From Planctomycetota bacterium (GTDB lineage Bacteria; Planctomycetota; UBA8108; SXIK01): a stretch of DNA of 64,000 nucleotides. The notes below the pieces were generated by a model. The model had not been told where the DNA came from. It saw only the letters and a list, made by a program, of their open reading frames with translations, and did no database searches. Location of the stretch: NCBI GenBank assembly GCA_965223845.1, contig CBDCXR010000004.1, positions 1,920,001-1,984,000 on the forward strand, given 5' to 3'. Below, in pieces: positions 40,730-49,402 of this stretch. A program made the translations under genes and the position numbers. Position 1 is the first letter of the stretch. The number at the start of each line of letters is the position of its first letter.

Positions 40730-42304
40730 TTAACGAGAACCTCGCGAGCGCCAGCGCGCGACGAGCGGCGGGAGCACCCAAATCAGAATACAGCTGACGC
40801 CGAGGACAAGCGCGATGGGGCGTTCCGGACTGAGTAGCGACAGCACGGAGCCCTGATTCTTGATCACGCTGCGAATGAAATACTCTTCCAGCTTCGCGCC
40901 GAGAATCAAGCCCAGAACGACGGGACCGAGCGGCACGCGGAACGCTTCGAGCGCGAACCCGAGCACCCCCATCGCGAGCATGATCCAAACGTCGAGAAGG
41001 TCGCTGTAGAGCGCGTACGCGCCGACCGTACAGAAAAGAAGAATCGCGGGAAGAAGGACTCGCCGCGGGATTCGGACGAGATGGCTCGCACCGCGAATCG
41101 CGAGGTAGCCGAGCGGCAGCAAAAGCAGATTCGCCGCGATGAACGTGAAGAAGACACTGTAGACGAGCTCGGGCTGGTCTTCGAAGATCTTCGGCCCCGG
41201 CTTGACGTTCTGCATGAGGAGGACACCGATCGCGATCGCCGTGACCGAATCCCCCGGGATCCCGAAGATGAGCGATGGCACCCAAGCGCCTCCGAGCGCC
41301 GCGTTGTTCGCCGCGCTCGCGTCGCTCAGCCCCTCGATCGACCCCTTCCCGTAGTCACCGGGATGACGAGACGTCTTCTTCGAGGCTGCCATCGACACCC
41401 ACGCGCCGATGTCGGCACCAGCTCCCGGAAGAACTCCGACGCCCGTCCCGATCACCATCGAACGGAGCGCGTGCCACTTCCGTCGAACGAAGAGAAGTGC
41501 GGCCGGAACGAGCATTCCGCGCCCCGCAGATTCGCGCAGAATCCGTTCGCCGCTCGACACGTCATCGGGATTCGAGTTCTCGTCGTCTTGGACGTCGGCT
41601 CGTTCACTTCCCGTCGCCACAACGTCGAAACCGCGAAGGAGATTCCGCAGCACTTCCGAAAGACCAAAGAGGCCGATCATCGCCGGAATGAAATGGACCC
41701 CGACGATGAGCGCGTCCGTCCCGAAGACGAAGCGCGGCGTTCCGTGCACGGGGCTCAGCCCGACGGTCGAGAGAAGCAGGCCGACGAGAAGCGCCAGCGC
41801 TCCCTTGAGGCGTGAACCCGACGCAACGATCCCCGCGCAACTGAGTCCGAGCGCGGCGAGCCAAAAGTACTCGACGCTCGTGAAGAAGAGCGCGAAGCGG
41901 GCGACGGCCGGTGCTGCGGCCATGAGGACGATCGCCCCGAAGATCCCTCCGACGACCGAAAAGAGGAGACTGACGCCGAGCGCCTGCCGCGGGTAACCGC
42001 GCCGAGTGAGCGCGTAGGCGTCCTCCGTGTAGGCCGAAGACGCCGGTGTTCCGGGGATGCGGAGGAGCGCGTTCGGGAGGTCACCCGCAAAGATCGCGCA
42101 GGCCTCGAGCGCGACGATCGCCGCGAGCGCAGAAACGGGATCGAGGTGATAGGTGATCGGGACGAGCAGCGCGACCGCCATGGTCGCGGTGAGCCCGGGA
42201 ATCGCCCCGATGACGACGCCGTACGTCGCCGCAAATAGGATCGCAAGGAGTGTCGCGGGGCTCGCGAAGACCGCGTAGAAGCTTCGTTCGAGGACCTCTA
42301 ACAT
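40730..42304 (-). CDS. tctA: Tripartite tricarboxylate transporter large permease
   Basis: GAIPGLTATMA, RIPGTPAS, PGAGADI, ANNAALGG, GIPGDSVTA. Confidence 0.95.
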   Translation of the reverse strand: MLEVLERSFYAVFASPATLLAILFAATYGVVIGAIPGLTATMAVALLVPITYHLDPVSALAAIVALEACAIFAGDLPNALLRIPGTPASSAYTEDAYALTRRGYPRQALGVSLLFSVVGGIFGAIVLMAAAPAVARFALFFTSVEYFWLAALGLSCAGIVASGSRLKGALALLVGLLLSTVGLSPVHGTPRFVFGTDALIVGVHFIPAMIGLFGLSEVLRNLLRGFDVVATGSERADVQDDENSNPDDVSSGERILRESAGRGMLVPAALLFVRRKWHALRSMVIGTGVGVLPGAGADIGAWVSMAASKKTSRHPGDYGKGSIEGLSDASAANNAALGGAWVPSLIFGIPGDSVTAIAIGVLLMQNVKPGPKIFEDQPELVYSVFFTFIAANLLLLPLGYLAIRGASHLVRIPRRVLLPAILLFCTVGAYALYSDLLDVWIMLAMGVLGFALEAFRVPLGPVVLGLILGAKLEEYFIRSVIKNQGSVLSLLSPERPIALVLGVSCILIWVLPPLVARWRSRGSR

Positions 42305-42314
42305 CGCGCGGAGC

Positions 42315-43784
42315 TCACCAGCCGAAAAGTCCGCGGGGAAGCGGAACCGCGAGGATTCCGCTGAATAGCTGGTAGACGCCGGCGACGAGAAGAAGGCTGA
42401 GCGGCACGGCGACGACGGCGCGAACGCCGTAGCGGAGTGAGAGATAGAGAACGAGCACCGACCCCGCGATCAAGAATCCAACTGGCGTCACGACTAGAAT
42501 AAAGACCGCGACCGCGATGAGTGTCTCGATCGCATGGACGAATCCCTTTCGTGTCACCGAAACGGACGATTCCGCTTCGGCCTCGACTCCGCGCAGCTTC
42601 TGAAGCGCGAGCCCGATGAGAACCAGCGCGAGACCCACTCCGATGACTCCGGGGAAAAAGAACGGACCGAACTGATCCGGCGCTGCGTCCGCGAATTGTT
42701 CCCGGAGGAGGACACCCATCTTCTCGTCGACGTCGGCGAGCTCGCGCACGAACGCCTCGCTGCTTCGAATCAGCATCGCCTCTCCCTGCTGATCCATGAA
42801 CTCGCGGAACGCGTCGCCGGCGACGATCCTCTCCATCGCGCCGAGGATCGTCAGGTACACGTCGTCGGGCGTCTCGGGCGGAAGCGCGAGCCCTCTCCAC
42901 CCGCCGAGCGTCCAGTCGAAACCCTGTTCCTTGAGCGTCGGGACATCCGGATAGTGGGGGAGTCGCTCCGCCGACATGACGCCGAGCGCCCGCACTTCTC
43001 CCGCCGCGAGAAGGGAACCCGCTTCGGGGAGACTGCAGGCGACGATCTGCAGGCCCTTCGTGAGAAGCTCCTGAAGCGAGGGCCCTGCCCCCTGGCTCGG
43101 CTCCCAGATCACGGAGTCCGCCTGGAGCCCCGCCGCCTTCAGCCATCCGGCGAGCGCGAGGTGCCAGATCCCGCCCTTCGCCGTTCCGGAAGCGACGAGC
43201 GTACCCGGACTCGCTCGCACCGCTTCCACGAGCTCCGCGAGCGTCGTCCACTCCGCATCCTTGTGAACGATGAGCGCGGCGGGGACGCTGTTCAGCATGA
43301 TCACCGGGCGGTAATCGCGGTACGTGAGCTCGGTGAGACCGCGGTGGTGGAGCATGTTGATCTCCACCGTGATCATCGTGAGCGTGTATCCGTCGGGATC
43401 GGCTCGCGCGCCGCGATCGTGCCCGGTCACTCCGGACCCGCCCGTCGCGTTGAGGACGTTTACCTGCTCGCCGAGCTCGTCCCCGAGAAGGTCCGCGACC
43501 TTTCGCGACATTCGGTCGGTCCCCCCTCCGACCGCCCACGGACAGACGAGGAGGAGTGGACGATTCGGGTACGTTTCGGACCGCTCGCAGGAGGGCGAAA
43601 CGATGCCGAGTGCGATCAACGCGAGCGCCGCTGCGGTCAGGCGAGACGAAGCGTGCCGCCTGCCACTCGCCGACCGAACGTTCGCGCGCTGCGAGATCTC
43701 AGTTGAGGAGACTTTCGCCGCCGTCGCCGTGAGACGCGTCGAGACACGCCCGATGGTGCCAACCGGCTTCGTTCCGCGTGACAC
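42315..43784 (-). CDS. tctC: TctC substrate-binding lipoprotein fused to TctB
   Basis: YPNRP...PWAVGGGTD, GGSG, DGYTL, PDVPTLKE, WRGL, then 4 TM segments ending VPLPRG. True start may lie downstream of 43784. Confidence 0.9.
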   Translation of the reverse strand: MSRGTKPVGTIGRVSTRLTATAAKVSSTEISQRANVRSASGRRHASSRLTAAALALIALGIVSPSCERSETYPNRPLLLVCPWAVGGGTDRMSRKVADLLGDELGEQVNVLNATGGSGVTGHDRGARADPDGYTLTMITVEINMLHHRGLTELTYRDYRPVIMLNSVPAALIVHKDAEWTTLAELVEAVRASPGTLVASGTAKGGIWHLALAGWLKAAGLQADSVIWEPSQGAGPSLQELLTKGLQIVACSLPEAGSLLAAGEVRALGVMSAERLPHYPDVPTLKEQGFDWTLGGWRGLALPPETPDDVYLTILGAMERIVAGDAFREFMDQQGEAMLIRSSEAFVRELADVDEKMGVLLREQFADAAPDQFGPFFFPGVIGVGLALVLIGLALQKLRGVEAEAESSVSVTRKGFVHAIETLIAVAVFILVVTPVGFLIAGSVLVLYLSLRYGVRAVVAVPLSLLLVAGVYQLFSGILAVPLPRGLFGW

Positions 43785-44367
43785 CTTGACCTGCCAGCAT
43801 CCCGGAGAGGAGGAGCTTTCCGCACGAGGAGCAACACTCGTTCACGTCGGGAAACTCGGGCGATTTCTGCTCGATGACGACAACCTGCGCCGCGATCGGT
43901 CCGGAGACTCCGCCGCGCGCCGCCGCTTCGAGAGGCGCTGCTTCGAGAGGAGCCGCCGCTCCCGAGCTCGAGCATTCGTCCGCGATCTCGCGCAGCTGAT
44001 CGATGAGGCTCGCCGCCCACGAACTCACCGCGTTGAATCCCTCCGAGCTCACGCCGGAGTGGCTTCGCCCCAACGGATCTTCGTCCATGTCCCCGGCGGT
44101 CTCGCCGTCACCGTCGTCGCCCTCGTGCGCGTCGAAGACGCGCCCGTCGAAGGCGGTGTCGGAATCCGCCCCCGCGAGCGCTTCGCGCAGCTTGCGCATA
44201 ATGTAGTGCTGCGACTCCTCTAGGCGATCGAGGCGGTCCGCAAGATCGTCGCTCTTAGGCACCCGCTTTCGGATCGATTCGATCTCGATCACCTGGCGGC
44301 GCACTTCCCGCTCGAAATCGTGTAGGCTCCAGACCATGTAAACCACCACTTTGGCTGGGGTATCCAC
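43699..44367 (-). CDS. Hypothetical coiled-coil protein with C-terminal CxxC...HxxC motif
   Basis: Coiled N-terminus, acidic linker, CSSCGKLL...WHHRAC. Confidence 0.55.
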   Translation of the reverse strand: MDTPAKVVVYMVWSLHDFEREVRRQVIEIESIRKRVPKSDDLADRLDRLEESQHYIMRKLREALAGADSDTAFDGRVFDAHEGDDGDGETAGDMDEDPLGRSHSGVSSEGFNAVSSWAASLIDQLREIADECSSSGAAAPLEAAPLEAAARGGVSGPIAAQVVVIEQKSPEFPDVNECCSSCGKLLLSGMLAGQGVTRNEAGWHHRACLDASHGDGGESLLN

Positions 44368-44616
44368 GGAGGCGGGGACCGACTCGGCGCGTTGCGCGCG
44401 TGCGGTAGTTCCACCCTCCGCAGGTCTCTCACTTCTCCTTCTGCCGGCTCATTGTAGGGGTGCGTTCTTGCGAGGCGCAAGCCTGGAGAGCGCGCTTCGG
44501 AGGGGCCGAAAAGAATCGCGACGTCGCGGGTCACGAGGGCTGATTCGGCCGCTCCCACCGCGCCCGCCCGCAACGTACAGAATCGGAACGCCGACGCAGC
44601 GGAGAAGCGGCGGATT

Positions 44617-45357
44617 CTATCCCGTCGCGCTCGGTTTGCCACGAAAAACAGGGCTTTCGGCGCCCGCGAGGGCGGCGCCGACCTCGTCGACACCGCCGAC
44701 GACCCAGTCTGCCTCGCGGAGTCGATCGCAGTCGACCGTGTGTCCGACCGCGACGCAGCGGAGCCCGGCCGACCGCGCCGCGGCGATGCCGGCGGGGGTG
44801 TCCTCGATGGCCAGGCACTGGCCGGGGTCTAGTCGCGCTCCCGAGTCCCGGGCGTGGAGATCGTAAGCTCTCGAATAGATCGCCGGATCCGGCTTCGACG
44901 CGAGGCCATCGTCCGCGCAGAGGACGAAGCGGAACGAATCGAGGAGCTCGAATCGCTCGAGCACGCGAACGATCTCCTCGCGCCGCGCCCCGCTCGCGAT
45001 CCCGATCGGATTCCGCCTCCGCGCGTGCTCCACGGTCTCGCGCGCTCCGGGGTAGAGCTCGACCGAATCGACGCGATCGAGGTAGCGGCGCTGTTTCTCA
45101 TCGATGAGTCGGGTCAGCTCCGCCGGGCTCAGGGGAGGACGACCGCCGAGCTCGAAGGCACGGCGAAAGCACTCGTGGTCGCTTCGCCCGAGGAACTCGC
45201 GATCGCACTCCTCGCGGCTGAACGAGAGCTCGACTCCGGCCAGCGTTTCGATGAACGTCGCGTGATGGAGATCCTCAGTGACCGCGATGACGCCGTCGAA
45301 ATCGAAGACGATCGCGTGCGGAGCCCACTCTCGCCCGAACGGCTGCTCAGGGGGCAT
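44617..45357 (-). CDS. HAD-superfamily phosphatase
   Basis: FDFDGV, IASG, KPDP, IEDTPAG. Confidence 0.93.
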   Translation of the reverse strand: MPPEQPFGREWAPHAIVFDFDGVIAVTEDLHHATFIETLAGVELSFSREECDREFLGRSDHECFRRAFELGGRPPLSPAELTRLIDEKQRRYLDRVDSVELYPGARETVEHARRRNPIGIASGARREEIVRVLERFELLDSFRFVLCADDGLASKPDPAIYSRAYDLHARDSGARLDPGQCLAIEDTPAGIAAARSAGLRCVAVGHTVDCDRLREADWVVGGVDEVGAALAGAESPVFRGKPSATG

Positions 45358-46441
45358 TCTGCGTCCGCTCGACGAGGTCGCGAATGAGGCTCGCGCGGTA
45401 ACCCCAGTACCCCTCCGGATCCGCTTCGGCGACGGCCTTCAAGTCGGCGAGCGACTCGCCGGCCCGCCGCGCCTTCGCTAACGCAAGGGCGCGGAGAAAG
45501 AGCGCCTCGAGACGACCCTTTCCTTCGGCCCCGCGATCGAGATAACCGCCGAGGACCGTGATCGCTCTCTCGGGGTCCCGCCCGCGGATCTTGATCTCCG
45601 CGAGCGCCATCGCCGCACGGCGATACTCGGAGCTCGACGCGGGAGCTTCGTCGGCCGACGCGGCGGATACGAGCACTTTCTCGTACTCCTTCGCCGCCTC
45701 GTCGCCGCGGTGAATCGAGCGCAAGAGATCGGCAAAGTCGAGCCGTGCCGAGATCGACTCGGGGCTCTTCTCGAGACATGCGCGCAGGATCTTGGCTGCT
45801 TCATCCGTGTTCCCCGCGGCGAAGAGAGCGAGGGCGTAGGCCCGCTGCGCGTCGAGATCGTCCGGCCGACTCGAGGCTTCTTCCTTCAGCTTCTTGAGCG
45901 TGCTCGAAGCGCGCGCCGCCTTCTGCGCCTCGCTGAGAAAGGTGGGAGCGTCGCGAAAGCCCAGAATGCGATGGATCTCTTTTCCGGCCGGCGAGAGGAA
46001 GAGGAGCGTCGGATAGCCTTCGACGGCGTGCTTCTTTCTGAGCTCAGGATGCTCATCGGCGTCGATCTTGAGCGCGACGAAGAACTGCCCGACGAAGCGA
46101 ATCACGCGCTCGTCCGCGAACGTCTCACGATCGAGCTTCTTGCACGGTCCGCACCACGTCGTGAAGAAGTCGACGAGGATCGGCCGCTCGGTCTTCTTCG
46201 CGAGCGCGAGCGCGGCGTCGTAGTCTTTCTGCCACTCGATCTCGCCGAGCGCGAGCACGGGAGCTTCGGTCGCCGATTCCTTCTTCGCGGGTTCGGCCTC
46301 CGAAGACTTCGGCGCCGGGCGCGAGGAATCGTCCACGTCCCCGGCGCAGGTCGATTCGGGCGAAACGACGCCGAGCACGAAGCACGCCGCGAGGATGGCC
46401 GGAGTCGAGCGGCAGAAGAAGCGGTTCGAGAGGACGAGCAT
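45347..46441 (-). CDS. Exported thioredoxin-fold plus TPR protein
   Basis: Signal peptide; WCGPC, YPT; TPR-like helices. Confidence 0.9.
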   Translation of the reverse strand: MLVLSNRFFCRSTPAILAACFVLGVVSPESTCAGDVDDSSRPAPKSSEAEPAKKESATEAPVLALGEIEWQKDYDAALALAKKTERPILVDFFTTWCGPCKKLDRETFADERVIRFVGQFFVALKIDADEHPELRKKHAVEGYPTLLFLSPAGKEIHRILGFRDAPTFLSEAQKAARASSTLKKLKEEASSRPDDLDAQRAYALALFAAGNTDEAAKILRACLEKSPESISARLDFADLLRSIHRGDEAAKEYEKVLVSAASADEAPASSSEYRRAAMALAEIKIRGRDPERAITVLGGYLDRGAEGKGRLEALFLRALALAKARRAGESLADLKAVAEADPEGYWGYRASLIRDLVERTQNAP

Positions 46442-46527
46442 GTCGAAGACCTTTCGGATGACTCGAAGGAAGAGCCGCGACCGGGACCGGCTCGCCCTCG
46501 ATTGTAACCCGCGGCGCGGGCTACGCC

Positions 46528-48009
46528 TCACTCCTTGATGCACCGGGCTTCCGCCCACGCGACGTGGTCGCCGAAATCTAGGCCGTCCGAGCCGTAGCCG
46601 ACCTCGAGACGGAGGAGCTCGACGTCTCGAACGGGGAGAGCAATCTCGCGCGGCGGGTCGCGATCGGTCAACTCGCCCCGGAAGAGCTCTTTGCCGTCGG
46701 CGACGACCCGAAACTCAACTCTCTTGACGGGCTTCTCGTCCGTTCGCTGCGTCGCCGCGGCGGATGTCCGCCGCGCCGCTTTCCGTTCGTCGACGTATCC
46801 GATCGTCGCCGCAAACGTCGCGTAGCTCGCGCCGATGCGAAAATCGAGAGCCGAACGCGCGTGGACCCCGAGCCCCTTGCGAAAGCGACGGCCACCGAGA
46901 CGGAGCGGCCGACCGTCCGTCGCGACATCCTTTCGCCACGGAAACGCGGTCGCCTCGCCGATGAGCCCGGCTTCCTCGACACGCACCGGTTTCGCGTCGG
47001 AGAGGAAGAGAACGCGATCGCTGAAAAACCGCACGGAGCGAAGGCGGTCGAGGGGGAGAGTCTCGACGCGCTTCTCCGCGCCGCGAAACCGAAACGCGAG
47101 CGAGTGACGCCCGTCCGCGACGCGAGCCGCGACGATCACTCCCGGAAACTCGCCTCCCGATGCGAGCTCGAAGACCGCCGGAAAGCCGAGATCCTCCTCG
47201 CGCGTCGCCGCCGGGGCGAACATCACCGCGAACACCTTTCTGACCGCGATTCGGCGCGAACGACCGCGGTACTCGATCGTCAGGTGCGTCTCCGTCAGCG
47301 AGCGGAAGAGTCCCTCGATGCGGACGAGCTGTCCGCGCTGAAGAACGTAGACTCGGTCGGAACGTGCGGCATCGCCCGCAAGCGAGTCCGCGAGGTCGCG
47401 ACGAAAACGGTCGTCTCGACGCGACGGCGCTCCGAGTCGAACTCCGGCGACCACGTCGACCGGAACCCGCATTCGACTTCCTTCGACATCGACGGTCAGC
47501 GAACGCGAGTCCGATCTGAGCACGGCTCCCGGGAGGATCTCGCCCGTGCGGTAGACGATGGCGGGACCTCCGACCTGACCGACGTGCTCCCACTTCGCGG
47601 GCGCCCTCGCCGCCGCGCCGAACTCGATCGACGCGATCTCGTAGAGCGCGATATCGCGCGCGCCGGTCTCGCGTGTCGGCGTTTCACCCGCGCCGGGCTC
47701 CGAACCGGAAGCACGCGGCGGCGTTCCGAGCGCACCCGTCGCCCCCCGCTCGGACGGATCGTACGGCTGCCCGATCCGGACGCCATCCGCATCGAGCCGC
47801 TCGAGCGTGCCCGCGAGCTCGCCCCCGTCGTGAAAGCGCAAACGAATCTGCGGTGCGGTCCCGCGCGCGTCGTCCTCGGCGAGCGCGGGCGTCGAGCCGA
47901 ACGCAAGGACGAGGAGAGACGCGGCAGCCTGAACCCATCGCCGCGGCCGACGGCGAAAGAGGCGTCTCGCCGCTTCGTCGCTCCGCGATCCGCGCGCGGC
48001 GCCGTTCAA
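46528..48009 (-). CDS. NPCBM/NEW2 domain protein
   Basis: C-term FLSD...KGLGVHARS...FAATIG...V.FRV..DG...WAEA; TTG start overlapping the upstream stop is assumed. Confidence 0.85.
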   Translation of the reverse strand: MNGAARGSRSDEAARRLFRRRPRRWVQAAASLLVLAFGSTPALAEDDARGTAPQIRLRFHDGGELAGTLERLDADGVRIGQPYDPSERGATGALGTPPRASGSEPGAGETPTRETGARDIALYEIASIEFGAAARAPAKWEHVGQVGGPAIVYRTGEILPGAVLRSDSRSLTVDVEGSRMRVPVDVVAGVRLGAPSRRDDRFRRDLADSLAGDAARSDRVYVLQRGQLVRIEGLFRSLTETHLTIEYRGRSRRIAVRKVFAVMFAPAATREEDLGFPAVFELASGGEFPGVIVAARVADGRHSLAFRFRGAEKRVETLPLDRLRSVRFFSDRVLFLSDAKPVRVEEAGLIGEATAFPWRKDVATDGRPLRLGGRRFRKGLGVHARSALDFRIGASYATFAATIGYVDERKAARRTSAAATQRTDEKPVKRVEFRVVADGKELFRGELTDRDPPREIALPVRDVELLRLEVGYGSDGLDFGDHVAWAEARCIKE

Positions 48010-49187
48010 CGTTCCGTGCGGCTGAGGTCCTCGAAATACTGCTCGAGCAGCCGCTGGTAACGCGGCGGGAGCTGACCGGAGTAGCTCTGCAGCGCCCGCG
48101 CGCCGTCTCGGTCGCGGAGCTGTCCCCAGATCGAGCCCGGGTCGCCGCGCGAAACGCCGTGAAGAAGGACCTTCCCCTCGGCGGTCACGAGCCGGGAGAC
48201 TCGCGCCGGACTGTTGCTCCGATTGCCGCCTGCGTTTCCTCCACGGCACGCGCCCTGGCAATTCGAGCCGCCGCAGCTCTTGCAGGCGTTCTTTTCGATC
48301 GCCTCCTGGAGCTCGATGAGCTTGTCGAGAGCAGCGAGGATCTTCGTCTCTTCCGCCTGGGTCGGATCGAGACCGGTCACCTCCTTCTCGAGGAGCCGCT
48401 CGACTCCGCCCATCCAGTTGCCGACCTTGCCGAGCGGCGCGCCCACCTGTTTCGAAAGCTCCTCGGCGCGCCCCTTGAGCTCCGCCTTGCGCGCGTCGGG
48501 CATGTGCTGGAAGTCGGTGAGTACGATCATCGTCTGGGTGAGTTCAAAGAGCGGTCGCCCGAGCGCGCCGAAACACTTCGCGATGAGCTCGCTCGCTTCG
48601 TAGTCGGGCACGAGGTAGAGGCGATGGTTCGCCACGATGCGTTCGCACTTCTCGACGATCCGGAGATACGCCTCCGCGCCGTTTCCCTCGGAGCGCTTCG
48701 CGGCCGTGAAGTCGAGCTGCACGCCGGCGAGCGCCGCGTAGGCGGTGAGGTAAGGGTCGTTCCCGCGCTCGATCTCGCGGGCTTTTTCTCGCGCCGCCGC
48801 GGGATCGCTTTCGAGGAGTTCGACGAGCTTGCGGTACTCGGGGTAAATCTCCTTGAGCGCGCCGGCGATGAAGTCGTCCCCGGAGTAGGCGAGATCCTCG
48901 TGCGCGCAGCACGTGGTTTCACCCTCGGCCGCGTGGGCCTCGTGCTCGATCGCTCTCAGCTCGTCGAGAGCGCGGCCGATCTCGTACTCGAGGACGAGCG
49001 CGCTGTATCGCGCCGGGTCGATGCGCGCGACCTTGACGACGTGCTGAATGAACCCTTCGATCTTCTCCTGCGGAGAGAGATGCGAGACGTCCTGCGCCGA
49101 GACGCGCTCGGCGACGAGCCCACTCGCGACGACGCCAATCACCACCGCTCCGAGCACTGCAGAACGATTCAGCGAGGAAAGGATCAT
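48006..49187 (-). CDS. Secreted hypothetical protein (Bat-cluster associated)
   Basis: Signal peptide; LDKLIE, CKSC..C..C, WGQL...P.RY..L.EQYF tail. Confidence 0.8.
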   Translation of the reverse strand: MILSSLNRSAVLGAVVIGVVASGLVAERVSAQDVSHLSPQEKIEGFIQHVVKVARIDPARYSALVLEYEIGRALDELRAIEHEAHAAEGETTCCAHEDLAYSGDDFIAGALKEIYPEYRKLVELLESDPAAAREKAREIERGNDPYLTAYAALAGVQLDFTAAKRSEGNGAEAYLRIVEKCERIVANHRLYLVPDYEASELIAKCFGALGRPLFELTQTMIVLTDFQHMPDARKAELKGRAEELSKQVGAPLGKVGNWMGGVERLLEKEVTGLDPTQAEETKILAALDKLIELQEAIEKNACKSCGGSNCQGACRGGNAGGNRSNSPARVSRLVTAEGKVLLHGVSRGDPGSIWGQLRDRDGARALQSYSGQLPPRYQRLLEQYFEDLSRTER

Positions 49188-49402
49188 TCCTCAACCTCCA
49201 GGCCTGATCTCTTCGAGGCGCGTCACTCGGCTCGCGAAAGCGCGGTGGCTCTCAGCGTTCGCATTGACGCAAGTTCAGTCACGATCGGTCGTTCGAGTCA
49301 GTATGAGACCGCCCGAAGAGGCGGTCAAAGAGATTCCTTCGGGTTACCGGGCCTCGACGGAGAAGTCGGCTCCGCCTCGATCCGGGCACGCGCCGCCGCC
49401 GC

